DNA from: an uncultured Solirubrobacteraceae bacterium | GTDB lineage: Bacteria; Actinomycetota; Thermoleophilia; Solirubrobacterales; Solirubrobacteraceae | Length of the DNA: 39,268 bases | Reading direction: 5' to 3' | NCBI GenBank assembly: GCA_964588985.1 | Contig: CAZPQW010000028.1 | Span: 1 to 39,268, forward strand | Shown here: one piece after another, positions 7,551 through 16,303 of the stretch | How the letters are laid out: each line of letters opens with the position of its first letter | How positions within the stretch are numbered: position 1 is the first letter of the stretch | Notes under the pieces: model-generated | Told to the model about the DNA's origin: nothing | The model's input: only the letters and a program-made list of their open reading frames with translations | The model's database searches: none | Made by a program: the position numbers and the translations under genes

Positions 7551-9416
7551 ATGGTACGAAGGGCGTCGGTACTGGCTCTGGTTCTGTTCGGGTCCGCAGG
7601 GCTCTTGGTGCCTACGGCGCCGGCGCTTGCGGACAGCACGCTCGGCAGCCACCTCGAACACTCCTACGAAGCGACGTTCGGGGGCGCCGGCACCATCGTC
7701 TACCAGGGCGCCGCTCCGGAAGAGCTGCTCGCCGCGCCCCAGAACGGCACGATCACCTCCTGGAGCGTGCGCTCGTGAGACATGGGTGCGGAATACAGGC
7801 TGCGGGTGCTGCGTGCGGCCGGAGGCGAATTCACCGCGGTCGGCACGAGCGTCGCGCAGACCGTGCCGGACGGCGAAGACAAGGTCCGGGGGCCGTTCGC
7901 CGTCAGCCTCGCGGTGAAGACCGGCGATCGCATCGCGCTCGAGGTGCTCAAAGGACTGGGCGCGCCGATCAACATTGCGCCGCTTGCAGGCGAACTCAAC
8001 TACCTGCAGAGCCCGCTCGCCGACGGCTCATCGGAGGCTCCGGTGCTCGAACCGCCCCTCGGGAGCAACCAGGAGCTGCTGCTGAGCGCGAACCTGAAAG
8101 CGGGCCCGCCGGTCAACCTCACGCTCCCCACGATCAGCGGCGAAGCGCGTGCCGGGACGCCGCTGCAGGCGAGCGAAGGCAGCTGGGAAGGCGCTTCCTC
8201 CTACGCGTTTCAATGGCTGCGCTGTCTGGGAGCATGCAGCCCGATCGCCGGCGCGACAGGCCGGGAATACACGCCCACAGGCGCCGATGAAGGCCAGCAG
8301 CTGCGCGTCGATGTGACAGCGAGCGGCGGAGGAGGGTCCGCGACGGCATCATCGTCGCTGACCGCCGGCGTCAAGCCGGCGCCGCCCGCAGTGCCGGCGA
8401 ACACGGCCCTGCCGTCCGTCAGCGGCGAAGCCCGTCAGACCGAGACGCTCATCGGCAGCAACGGAAGTTGGGCCGGCGCTCCGACGAGGTTCGAATATGA
8501 ATGGCTGCGGTGCGCCTCTGCGACCGGGACCGAATGCGCACCGATCCCAGGAGCGACCGCGCTCACCTACGTGCCCGTGCGCGGCGACGTCGGCTCGACG
8601 CTGAGATTGCGGGTCAGCGCCGTCAACGGCGTCGGCCCCGGCAGCGCGGAATCCAGGCCCACGGGCATCGTGCAGCCGCTCGTCGTCAAGGCCGTTCTGA
8701 CCGTCACGCCCCCGTACCCATGCACGGGCTATCCGGTGCAGCTCGACAGCACAGGCTCCAAGACGCCCAACCCGCCGATCGTGAAGTACACCTACACCTA
8801 CATCGATCTTCTCTCGGTCACGCACCACACGATCTACAGCGGCACGAGCCCTTCCACCTCGACGGTGTTCACCTGGAACACGGTCAACGACAACCCGGCC
8901 TATGCCAAGCTCGGAAGCCCCCAGCGAGAGCCGGTGCTCATCACGCTGACGGTCACAGACCTGGCCGGCGACAGTGCATCGGCCAACTCGATCGTTCAGT
9001 TCTACCCGGCCTATGCAGAAGAGTTTGCCCCACAACCTCCATGCGGGCTCCCCGGCAGGCCGCTCACATCAGTGTTCGAAGCAACGCCCCGCTTCTTCGT
9101 CGTCGCGAAAGGAAGCGTGTCCCTCACAACACGCTGCGTGACGGCTGCGCCGTGCGCCAGCTCGCTCACGATCATGCGGGCGAGCTCTGGGGCGGGTCGG
9201 TTCGCGCGAGCGGGCAGGCCGACCGTGATCGCGTCGCTGCCGTTCTTCACAGTGCCCGCGCACAGCTCACTCAAGCTCCGCGCCAAGCTCACGAACGTCG
9301 GCAGGCATCTACTCGCACGGGGAGGTCCCGTGCATGCCACCGCACGCCTCACGACGATCGAGCCGTCGGGCGCTAAGAAGGTGCGGGTGAGGCCGGTACT
9401 GCTGAAGCGGCGCTAG
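7551..9416 (+). pseudogene. Secreted surface protein (two Cys-bridged Ig-like repeats, PKD-like region, basic C-terminal domain) interrupted by an in-frame TGA at 7776-7778
   Basis: Signal peptide MVRRASVLALVLFGSAGLLVPTAPALA|DS; the frame continues SWSVRS*DMGAEYRLRV into ORF 7782-9416; repeats PxNxxxPxISG...GSW...YxWLRC...CxPIxGAT. Confidence 0.7.
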
Positions 9417-9480
9417 TCCTGGTTCTATCCCCACTCCACTCACTCTCCAGCCGCGCCAGCTCATCCACCGTGGACCTGAC

Positions 9481-10098
9481 TCAAGGCGAACCGCCGGTGG
9501 GCCGGAGGTCCGTTCGATCGGATTGTTCCCACTCGCGCTGGATCTGTCGCATCGCCGCGGGGTAGACGATCAGGTGCCGGAACGGTCTGATCGCAGCCAT
9601 ATAGAAGGTGCCGAGGAGTCCATTTGGCTTTACCAGGACGGCCATCTGGGCGCGGAAGCCATCCGTCCCGTCGGGGACCCAGCTGAGGTGCATCACTCCA
9701 TGCATGGTGCTGTTGGCGGTCTCCGCGGCGAACTCGTTCTCGATGAGGTACAGCGAGGTGAATGGGAGCGCGTCGAAGCTGGGGCCCGGGGCATCCAGCA
9801 GGTCTTCCGGCAGGCGTTGGCGCAGCGTCGGAACCCTCTCCCCGAGTCCGGTGTCCTCATCGTCCCAACCGAGGAGCTCGCCGAGCCTCCAGCGGATGTT
9901 CCAGAGCGCGCGAGCGAGCAAAGGACCCTGCGAAGGATCGCCGGCCGCGAAGCGCTGAACCAACGAGGGGAAATCGCTCGCCTCGCCGCGAACGGGCAAG
10001 ACCCAAACGTCCTCGAGCCGAAAGTCGGGGGCGATCTCATGGATTCGCCAAGGGTGGGCGGTGTGCGCGCTGCTCGGGAGTCTCCCTTGTCCCGTCAT
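9481..10098 (-). CDS. DUF2867-family protein
   Basis: PWRIHEIAPDFRLEDVW...ETANSTMHGVMHLSWV...AQMAVLVKPNGLLGTFYMAAIRPFRHLIVYP; ATG 10098 overlaps the upstream stop. Confidence 0.75.
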   Translation of the reverse strand: MTGQGRLPSSAHTAHPWRIHEIAPDFRLEDVWVLPVRGEASDFPSLVQRFAAGDPSQGPLLARALWNIRWRLGELLGWDDEDTGLGERVPTLRQRLPEDLLDAPGPSFDALPFTSLYLIENEFAAETANSTMHGVMHLSWVPDGTDGFRAQMAVLVKPNGLLGTFYMAAIRPFRHLIVYPAAMRQIQREWEQSDRTDLRPTGGSP

Positions 10099-10646
10099 GC
10101 TTGGCGATGCAGCGTCTCTTGCTGCACGCGTATCGCGCCGCGCACCAGGGCGAGCGCCACCTGACGGTGGATGAGGGAAACGGGAGGCCAGACGAGCGCT
10201 GCGATCCGTCGCTCGTAACGGATAAACGATGCGAAGGACATCCGGCCGTGATCGACGTGCATGACCACGTGGCCGGTCAAGAACCAAGAGGCGGCCTCGA
10301 TCCTTATCCAGTTCTCTCCGCGATCGGCGATCTTCCACCCGAGCAGGTGATCCGGGGAAGGCCGCAGCTTCAGGCGAAGGCCGAGGACGGCACGCTGGAC
10401 AAACGGGATGAGGATGAGCAGTCCACGCGGTACACCCTTCAACGCCGCGTGGATCACCTGCTCGGGTTCTGCCGGCGTCTCGTTGATCGTCGCGGTGACG
10501 ATGTCGGAGTAATCAGGGTTCGCGAGCGCGCTCAGTGAGCGAATTGGCGCGGGAACCTCACGCCGCCACCGGGCGGTCGCTGTGTCGGCGCTTTTGCCGC
10601 GGCGGGGAGAGAGAGGGTTGGAGTGCTGGGACGAAACAGTGGACAT
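10095..10646 (-). CDS. Hypothetical protein, DUF2867-like
   Basis: DYSD...LLGWKIADRG...SFIRYE...VWPPVSLIHRQV resembles DUF2867-type proteins; divergent from TetR and coupled to the next gene. Confidence 0.6.
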   Translation of the reverse strand: MSTVSSQHSNPLSPRRGKSADTATARWRREVPAPIRSLSALANPDYSDIVTATINETPAEPEQVIHAALKGVPRGLLILIPFVQRAVLGLRLKLRPSPDHLLGWKIADRGENWIRIEAASWFLTGHVVMHVDHGRMSFASFIRYERRIAALVWPPVSLIHRQVALALVRGAIRVQQETLHRQA

Positions 10647-10670
10647 CTTCTGCTCGCCGCGATGGTAGCA

Positions 10671-10690
10671 TACATACATGCATGTATGTA
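10671..10690. promoter_or_regulatory. Perfect 20-bp palindrome, probable TetR operator
   Basis: TACATACATG-CATGTATGTA centred in the 69-bp gap between divergent genes. Confidence 0.8.
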
Positions 10691-10715
10691 ATAGCCCAGG
10701 AGGACGAGACCTGCA

Positions 10716-11360
10716 ATGTCGATGAGCTCCGCCGGTGCGCCGACACTGCCCGCGCGCGGGCGCCCCACCCAGGCTGAGCGCCGCGCCCGCTCACGCAGCG
10801 CGTTGCTCGAATCCGCTGCCCGTGGTCTCTCACGCCACGGTTACGGCAACCTCGTGCTCGAGGAGGTGGCGCGCGACGCCGGCTACACGCGAGGCGCCCT
10901 GTACCACCAGTTCGACGACAAGGAGGACCTGGCACTGGCGGTCATCGAGTGGGTCAACGAGAGCTGGATGCGCGAGGTCGGCGAGCCGGCCGCACAACGT
11001 ACCGACCCGGTCGCCGAGCTGCTCGCGCTGGCACGCGGCCATGCGGTCTTCTGCCGGCGCGACATCGCCCGCGTCGTGATGGCGCTTCGGCTCGAGTTCG
11101 CCGGTCAGGATCATCCGGTGGGGCACGAGATCGAACGGATCTGGGAGTCCGGCATCAAGCGCTGCGCCAGGCTCGTCAGCGCCGGACGCAAAGCCGGCTC
11201 AATCCCACCGGGACCCCCCGCACGGGCGACGGCGCTGGCGTTGCTCGGGGCGCTCGAGGGTGCCGTGATCGCACTCGCCGGAGATACGCCCCACGACGAG
11301 CTCCTGGCCGCACGTGCCGTCGCAGGCGTATTGGGCATCGAAAGCCTCAACAGCGATTAG
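10716..11360 (+). CDS. TetR/AcrR-family transcriptional regulator
   Basis: HGYGNLVLEEVARDAGYTRGALYHQFDDKEDL TetR_N motif. Confidence 0.93.
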   Translation: MSMSSAGAPTLPARGRPTQAERRARSRSALLESAARGLSRHGYGNLVLEEVARDAGYTRGALYHQFDDKEDLALAVIEWVNESWMREVGEPAAQRTDPVAELLALARGHAVFCRRDIARVVMALRLEFAGQDHPVGHEIERIWESGIKRCARLVSAGRKAGSIPPGPPARATALALLGALEGAVIALAGDTPHDELLAARAVAGVLGIESLNSD

Positions 11361-11380
11361 GCAAAGGAGCCGCCTATCGC

Positions 11381-12853
11381 TCAATGCGCCATCGCCGGCG
11401 CCCCCACCGAGTCGTACTCCTGTACCTGCGCACCGGAGCGCAGCAGCGTCGCACTGAACAGCGCGCCGAAGAAGAAGATCCCCGCCGACCACCAGAACGC
11501 CGTGGTGTAGCCGTGAACCGCGGCCGCCGCGAGCGTGCTCGAGGTGGGACCGCCGTGCGAGGTGACGAAGCTCGTCGCCGCGGTCGCCGAGAACGTGCTG
11601 AGCAGCGCCACTCCGATCGAGCCGCCGACCTGCTGCATCGTGTTGACCAGCGCCGAGGCGACGCCCGCGTCCTCCGGGTCGACGGCGCCGGTAGCGGTCG
11701 CCATGGAGGGGGCGAAGATCATTCCCATGCCGACTCCCATCACGATCAACACGGGGAGGACGTGTGACGCGTATCCGGTGTGGACGCCGACTCGCGTGAG
11801 CGCGAGCATCGCGATGCCCGCCAGGAGCATCCCGGTCGGCACGAGCGGGCGAGGGCCTGTTCGCGGCAGGATCCGCGTGCTGATCAGCGTCGCCGAGGCC
11901 ACCACGGCCCCCATCATCGGCAGGAAGGCAAGCCCGGTCTTGATCGGGCTGAAGCCGAGCGTGCGCTGCAGGTAGTAGGTCAGGAACAGGAACACTCCGA
12001 ACGAGCCGGAGCCCGCGATCGCCATCGCGCCGAAGGACGCTCCGCGGTCACGGTCGAGCAATACCCGCAGCGGCAGCAGCGGATGAGTCCCACGCGCCTG
12101 CAGCACTACGAAGGCGACCAGCAGCACGGCTGCCGCGGCCAGCGAGCCGACCGTCAGCGCCGCGCCCCAGCCGTGGGTCTCGGCGTTGGAGAATCCGTAG
12201 ACGAGCGCGAACAGGCCGGCCGTGGCGGTGGCGACGCCGGGGATGTCTAGCTTGGGACGGCTCACCGGAAGCTCGTTTACGAGCAGCACCACCGCGGCGG
12301 CCGCGGCGGGGACGGCGAAGAGAAGGTTCACGAACAGCGTCGAGCGCCAGTCGATGTACTGGGTCAGAACGCCCCCGAGCAGCAGGCCGATCGCCCCGCC
12401 GCCGCCCGCGATCGCCCCGTAGATGCCGAACGCCGTTCCGCGCTCCTGCGGATCGGTGAAGGAGGTCGTCAGGATCGAAAGCGCCGAAGGCGCCAGCAAT
12501 GCGCCGAACGCCCCCTGCAGCGCCCGCGCGGCCACGAGCATGCCGAGGCTCTGTGCGAGGCCCGCCATCGCCGAGGCAAGCGCGAATCCGAGCAGCCCCG
12601 CGACCAGGGCGCGCTTGCGTCCGAAGTAGTCGCCGATCCGGCCGCCGATCAGGAGCAGGCTCCCGAACGCGAGCGCATAGGCCGTGACGACCCATTGCCT
12701 GCTGTCGTTGGAGAAGCCGAGGTCGCGCTGCGCCGAGGGCAGGGCGATGTTCACGATCGTCGCGTCGAGGACGACCATCAGCTGGGCTACGGCGACCATC
12801 GCCAGGATCAACCAGCGGCGCTCGTGCTGTCGGGAGGAGGTCTCAGTGCTCAT
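11381..12853 (-). CDS. MFS drug:H+ antiporter, DHA2 (EmrB/QacA) family
   Basis: LDATIVNIALP, WVVTAYAL, GGRIGDYFGRKR (motif A), ARALQGAFGA; about 14 hydrophobic segments. Confidence 0.93.
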   Translation of the reverse strand: MSTETSSRQHERRWLILAMVAVAQLMVVLDATIVNIALPSAQRDLGFSNDSRQWVVTAYALAFGSLLLIGGRIGDYFGRKRALVAGLLGFALASAMAGLAQSLGMLVAARALQGAFGALLAPSALSILTTSFTDPQERGTAFGIYGAIAGGGGAIGLLLGGVLTQYIDWRSTLFVNLLFAVPAAAAAVVLLVNELPVSRPKLDIPGVATATAGLFALVYGFSNAETHGWGAALTVGSLAAAAVLLVAFVVLQARGTHPLLPLRVLLDRDRGASFGAMAIAGSGSFGVFLFLTYYLQRTLGFSPIKTGLAFLPMMGAVVASATLISTRILPRTGPRPLVPTGMLLAGIAMLALTRVGVHTGYASHVLPVLIVMGVGMGMIFAPSMATATGAVDPEDAGVASALVNTMQQVGGSIGVALLSTFSATAATSFVTSHGGPTSSTLAAAAVHGYTTAFWWSAGIFFFGALFSATLLRSGAQVQEYDSVGAPAMAH

Positions 12854-12871
12854 GTTAATCTCGCGTTTCGT

Positions 12872-12972
12872 ATGTGGAGGCCAGTTCTCAAAGTGGAGGG
12901 AAATCCTCAACTTCGGTCAGACTAGCACACAAACGGAGGCTTATCCTCCACTTGGAGCACCGTCCTCCACTT
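12872..12972. promoter_or_regulatory. Four related inverted repeats (AAGTGGAGG-N5-CCTCCACTT), probable TetR operators
   Basis: Copies at 12872 (degenerate), 12891, 12931 and 12950; TACAAT at 12976-12981 just before the tetR ATG. Confidence 0.75.
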
Positions 12973-12987
12973 TGTTACAATCAGCGC

Positions 12988-13650
12988 ATGACCACGAGCA
13001 CCGAGCGACCGCTGAGAAGGGACGCCGAGCGCAACCGCCAGCGCATCCTCGACACCGCCGGCGCGCTGTTCGCCGAACGTGGCCTCGGCGTCTCCCTCGA
13101 CGAGATCGCCCGACACGCCGGTGTCGGCGTAGGGACCGTCTACCGGCGCTTTCCCGACAAGGAGCAGCTGATCGACGCCCTGTTCGAGGATCGCCTCGCG
13201 GAGATCCTCGCGACCGCCACCGCCAGCTTCGAGATCGCCGACCCATGGGAGGGGCTCGAGCACTTCATCGAACGCTCGATGGAGCTGCAGGTCGCCGACC
13301 GGGCGCTCAAGGAGCTGCTGCTCAGCACGACCACCGCGCACGCCCGCATCGAGCAGGGGCGCAGTCAGATCCAGCCCGTCGTCGAGGCGCTCCTCGACCG
13401 CGCCCGCGAGGCCGGAGTCGTTCGCGAGGACCTCGACGTCTCCGACGTGCTCCTGCTGCAGCACGCGATCGGCGAAGCCGCCGACTACACCCACGATGTC
13501 GCACCCGAGGCGTGGCGGCGCATCCTCTGCATCGCCCTCGACGGGCTGCGCCCCGACCGACGCAGGCCGTCGCCCATGCCCGTGCCACCGCTCGACGACG
13601 AGCAGGTCGACTGCACGATGCGCGAGTGGGGCCAGCGCCGGCGGCGCTGA
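12988..13650 (+). CDS. TetR/AcrR-family transcriptional regulator
   Basis: LRRDAERNRQRIL...SLDEIARHAGVGVGTVYRRFPDKEQL; divergent from the MFS gene. Confidence 0.93.
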   Translation: MTTSTERPLRRDAERNRQRILDTAGALFAERGLGVSLDEIARHAGVGVGTVYRRFPDKEQLIDALFEDRLAEILATATASFEIADPWEGLEHFIERSMELQVADRALKELLLSTTTAHARIEQGRSQIQPVVEALLDRAREAGVVREDLDVSDVLLLQHAIGEAADYTHDVAPEAWRRILCIALDGLRPDRRRPSPMPVPPLDDEQVDCTMREWGQRRRR

Positions 13651-13807
13651 GTCGCGCGACACGACCCCATGCCGGAGCGGTCGCTCGTACGTCAGCGCCG
13701 CCTTCCACATGATGGCCCGATTCGCTGCAACGGCGTGCTGTACGCTGGGCGAAATGCGGTCTCGCCATCTGTGTGCGAGCGGCCTACCGACAGGGATCGT
13801 CACTTCG

Positions 13808-16264
13808 ATGGGACACAGGCACTCCACATGGGCGTCGATCGTCGTCGTCGTGGCGGCGATGACGCTCGGACCGACGAGCGCGTATGCGGTTGTCGATCCG
13901 GTGCTTAGCGGCTCGGTGGCCGATTCCGTGACGCTGCCGGGAGTGACGGCGGTCGCGGTGTCGGGCCACTACGCATATGTGACTGGCTATTACGCCGGCA
14001 AGCTGGTGGCGGTCGACATCTCCAATCCCGCGGAACCGGTGATCGCGGGCGCGAGCGAATCTAGCGAAGCGTTGACCAACGCCACGACGGTCAACATCGT
14101 GGGCGGCTATGCGTACGTCGTCTCGAAGAACCGCAACGGCTCGAAAGTGTCGGAAACCAACGACGACGGGACGGGCAACAGCTTCACGATCCTCGACATC
14201 GCCACGCACCCCGCGTCACCGACTATCGTCGGCTCGTTGCACGACACAGAATCGCTTTTCGGAGGCTACGGGGTGGCGATATCCGGTAACTACGCCTACG
14301 TCGCCGCGCAGGGGTGCCTGAGCGGCCAACCCTGCCCAAACCCGGCTGTGGGCAACGCGTTCGCCGCGATCGACATCGGCAACCCAGCGGCTCCGACGCT
14401 CGTGGCGGCGCTTCACGACAGTTCGCTGCCATCCCCGTGGACGGGTGCGAACGCGTTCGGGCACGCCACGGCCGTTGCGATTTCCGGCAACTACGCGTAT
14501 GTGACGGCCTCCTCTCAGAACCGCCTCACCGTGGTGAACATCGCCGACCCGCTGAACCCGGAAATCGTGGCTTCGCTGAAGGACAACGCGAACCTGAACG
14601 CACCGGTGGACGTGGCCGTGAGCGGCCAATACGCCTACGTGGCCGATCAGACCACGCCCGGTCGTCTGACCGTGGTGAATGTGAGCAACCCGCCCGAACC
14701 ACAGGTGGTGGCTTCGCTGGCGAGCTCGAGCCTGAACGGCGCATACCGGGTACGGCTGCGCGGCGACTTCGCGTATGTGTCCGCGTTCTCGGGAGCAGAT
14801 GCGGCGGCGCTCGACATCTCGAACCCCCTCGGCCCGCGGCTCGTGGCGGCCGTCGCGGACGGCACTCATCTGAACAAGACGTCGGGCTTGGACGTGGACC
14901 AGTCTGGGAGCTATCTGGTGACGAGCTCTCCGTTCCTCTCCAGCCAGACCCAGCCGGTCTACCCACCTTTCGCGCTGCAGCTGGGTGGCCCGACGTTGAC
15001 CGGGACGGTATCCGTCATCACCCTCGACCCAGAACCGATCGCGGTGAGCATCGCCCCGGAATCCCAGCCGGCGAACCCCACCGCGCAAACCTCTGCCGCG
15101 TTCGGCTTCTCCGTCAACGACGCGGTCTCAGCGGTCCAGTGCCAGCTCGACAGCGGACCGTGGCTGCCGTGCACCACACCGACCAGCGAGAGCTACGGCG
15201 AACTCGGCGGCGGTTCGCACACGTTCGCGGTTCAGGCCGTCGACTCGGCCGGGAACACGAGCACCTCGAGCTACAGCTGGACGGTCACCGCGCCGGCGAA
15301 CACCTCGCTCCCTTCGATCTCCGGGTCGGCGGCGGTCGGACAGACGTTGAGCGTCTCCACCGGCTCCTGGACGGGATCGCCGACTCCGACGTTCACCTAC
15401 CGGTGGATGCGCTGCGACGCCATCGGAGTGGGCTGCGGCCCGATCGCCGGCGCGACCTCGTCGCAGTACTCCGCAGTGACGGCCGATGCGGGATCGGCGC
15501 TCGAGGCACAGGTGACCGCCACCACCGGCGCCGGCTCGAGCACGGTCGAAACCGACCCGACCACAGCCGTCACCGAACCCCCTGCGGGCATCTCGCCCCC
15601 GACGCTCTCCGGCAGCGCCGGCGAGGGCCACACCCTGACGGCGTCAGGTGGGTCGTGGTCCGGCTATCCGACGCCTTCGCTGGCATACCGGTGGGAGCGA
15701 TGCGACATCCACGGTCAGGGTTGCGTGACTATCCCGGGGGCGACGAGTGCGAGCTACACAGCGCTCGCGGCCGACGTGGGATCCACCCTGCTCGTGGCCG
15801 TGACCGCCGCCAACAGCATCGGCTCCGCCCAGGCCAGCTCGCCCACGAGCGCCATCGTGGTCGGCGAAGGCACGGGAGGGCTCCCCGGCAACCAGATCGC
15901 AGCGCTCCTCGTCGGACAGCTGGTTCCCACGGGCAAATCCGCCGCGATCGGCGCCCTTTTGCGACACGACGGGCTGAGCGAGACGATCAAAGCCCCAGAG
16001 GCGGGACGACTCGTGGTCGACTGGTACGAGCTGCCGGCCGGGGCAAAGCTGGCCAAGGCAAAGCCCAAGCCGGTGCTCGTCGCCACAGGCCAAGCCAGCG
16101 CGACCGCTGCCGCCACGGTGCTTCTGAAGGTCAAGCTGACCACCGCCGGCAAGCGCCTGCTCAAGCGCTCGACGCGGATCAAGCTGACGGCCGTCTCGAC
16201 GTTCACCCCGACCGACGGCAGCCCGGTGACGATCCGCAAGACGTTCCGTCTCGCGCACCGCTAG
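13808..16264 (+). CDS. Secreted LVIVD-repeat protein with Ig-like repeats and a basic C-terminal domain
   Basis: Signal peptide ending SAYA; repeated VAVSGxYAYV...LxxVDISNP (LVIVD); two ISG...GSW...YRWxRC...CxxIxGAT repeats; start placed at ATG 13808. Confidence 0.85.
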   Translation: MGHRHSTWASIVVVVAAMTLGPTSAYAVVDPVLSGSVADSVTLPGVTAVAVSGHYAYVTGYYAGKLVAVDISNPAEPVIAGASESSEALTNATTVNIVGGYAYVVSKNRNGSKVSETNDDGTGNSFTILDIATHPASPTIVGSLHDTESLFGGYGVAISGNYAYVAAQGCLSGQPCPNPAVGNAFAAIDIGNPAAPTLVAALHDSSLPSPWTGANAFGHATAVAISGNYAYVTASSQNRLTVVNIADPLNPEIVASLKDNANLNAPVDVAVSGQYAYVADQTTPGRLTVVNVSNPPEPQVVASLASSSLNGAYRVRLRGDFAYVSAFSGADAAALDISNPLGPRLVAAVADGTHLNKTSGLDVDQSGSYLVTSSPFLSSQTQPVYPPFALQLGGPTLTGTVSVITLDPEPIAVSIAPESQPANPTAQTSAAFGFSVNDAVSAVQCQLDSGPWLPCTTPTSESYGELGGGSHTFAVQAVDSAGNTSTSSYSWTVTAPANTSLPSISGSAAVGQTLSVSTGSWTGSPTPTFTYRWMRCDAIGVGCGPIAGATSSQYSAVTADAGSALEAQVTATTGAGSSTVETDPTTAVTEPPAGISPPTLSGSAGEGHTLTASGGSWSGYPTPSLAYRWERCDIHGQGCVTIPGATSASYTALAADVGSTLLVAVTAANSIGSAQASSPTSAIVVGEGTGGLPGNQIAALLVGQLVPTGKSAAIGALLRHDGLSETIKAPEAGRLVVDWYELPAGAKLAKAKPKPVLVATGQASATAAATVLLKVKLTTAGKRLLKRSTRIKLTAVSTFTPTDGSPVTIRKTFRLAHR

Positions 16265-16303
16265 CGGGTAGCCGGTACTGAGCCCACGCTCAGCGGCTCG
16301 GGC

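Noticed and set aside
7776-7830. Selenocysteine recoding of the in-frame TGA
   Set aside because: No convincing SECIS-like hairpin directly downstream, and the context is not a redox motif.
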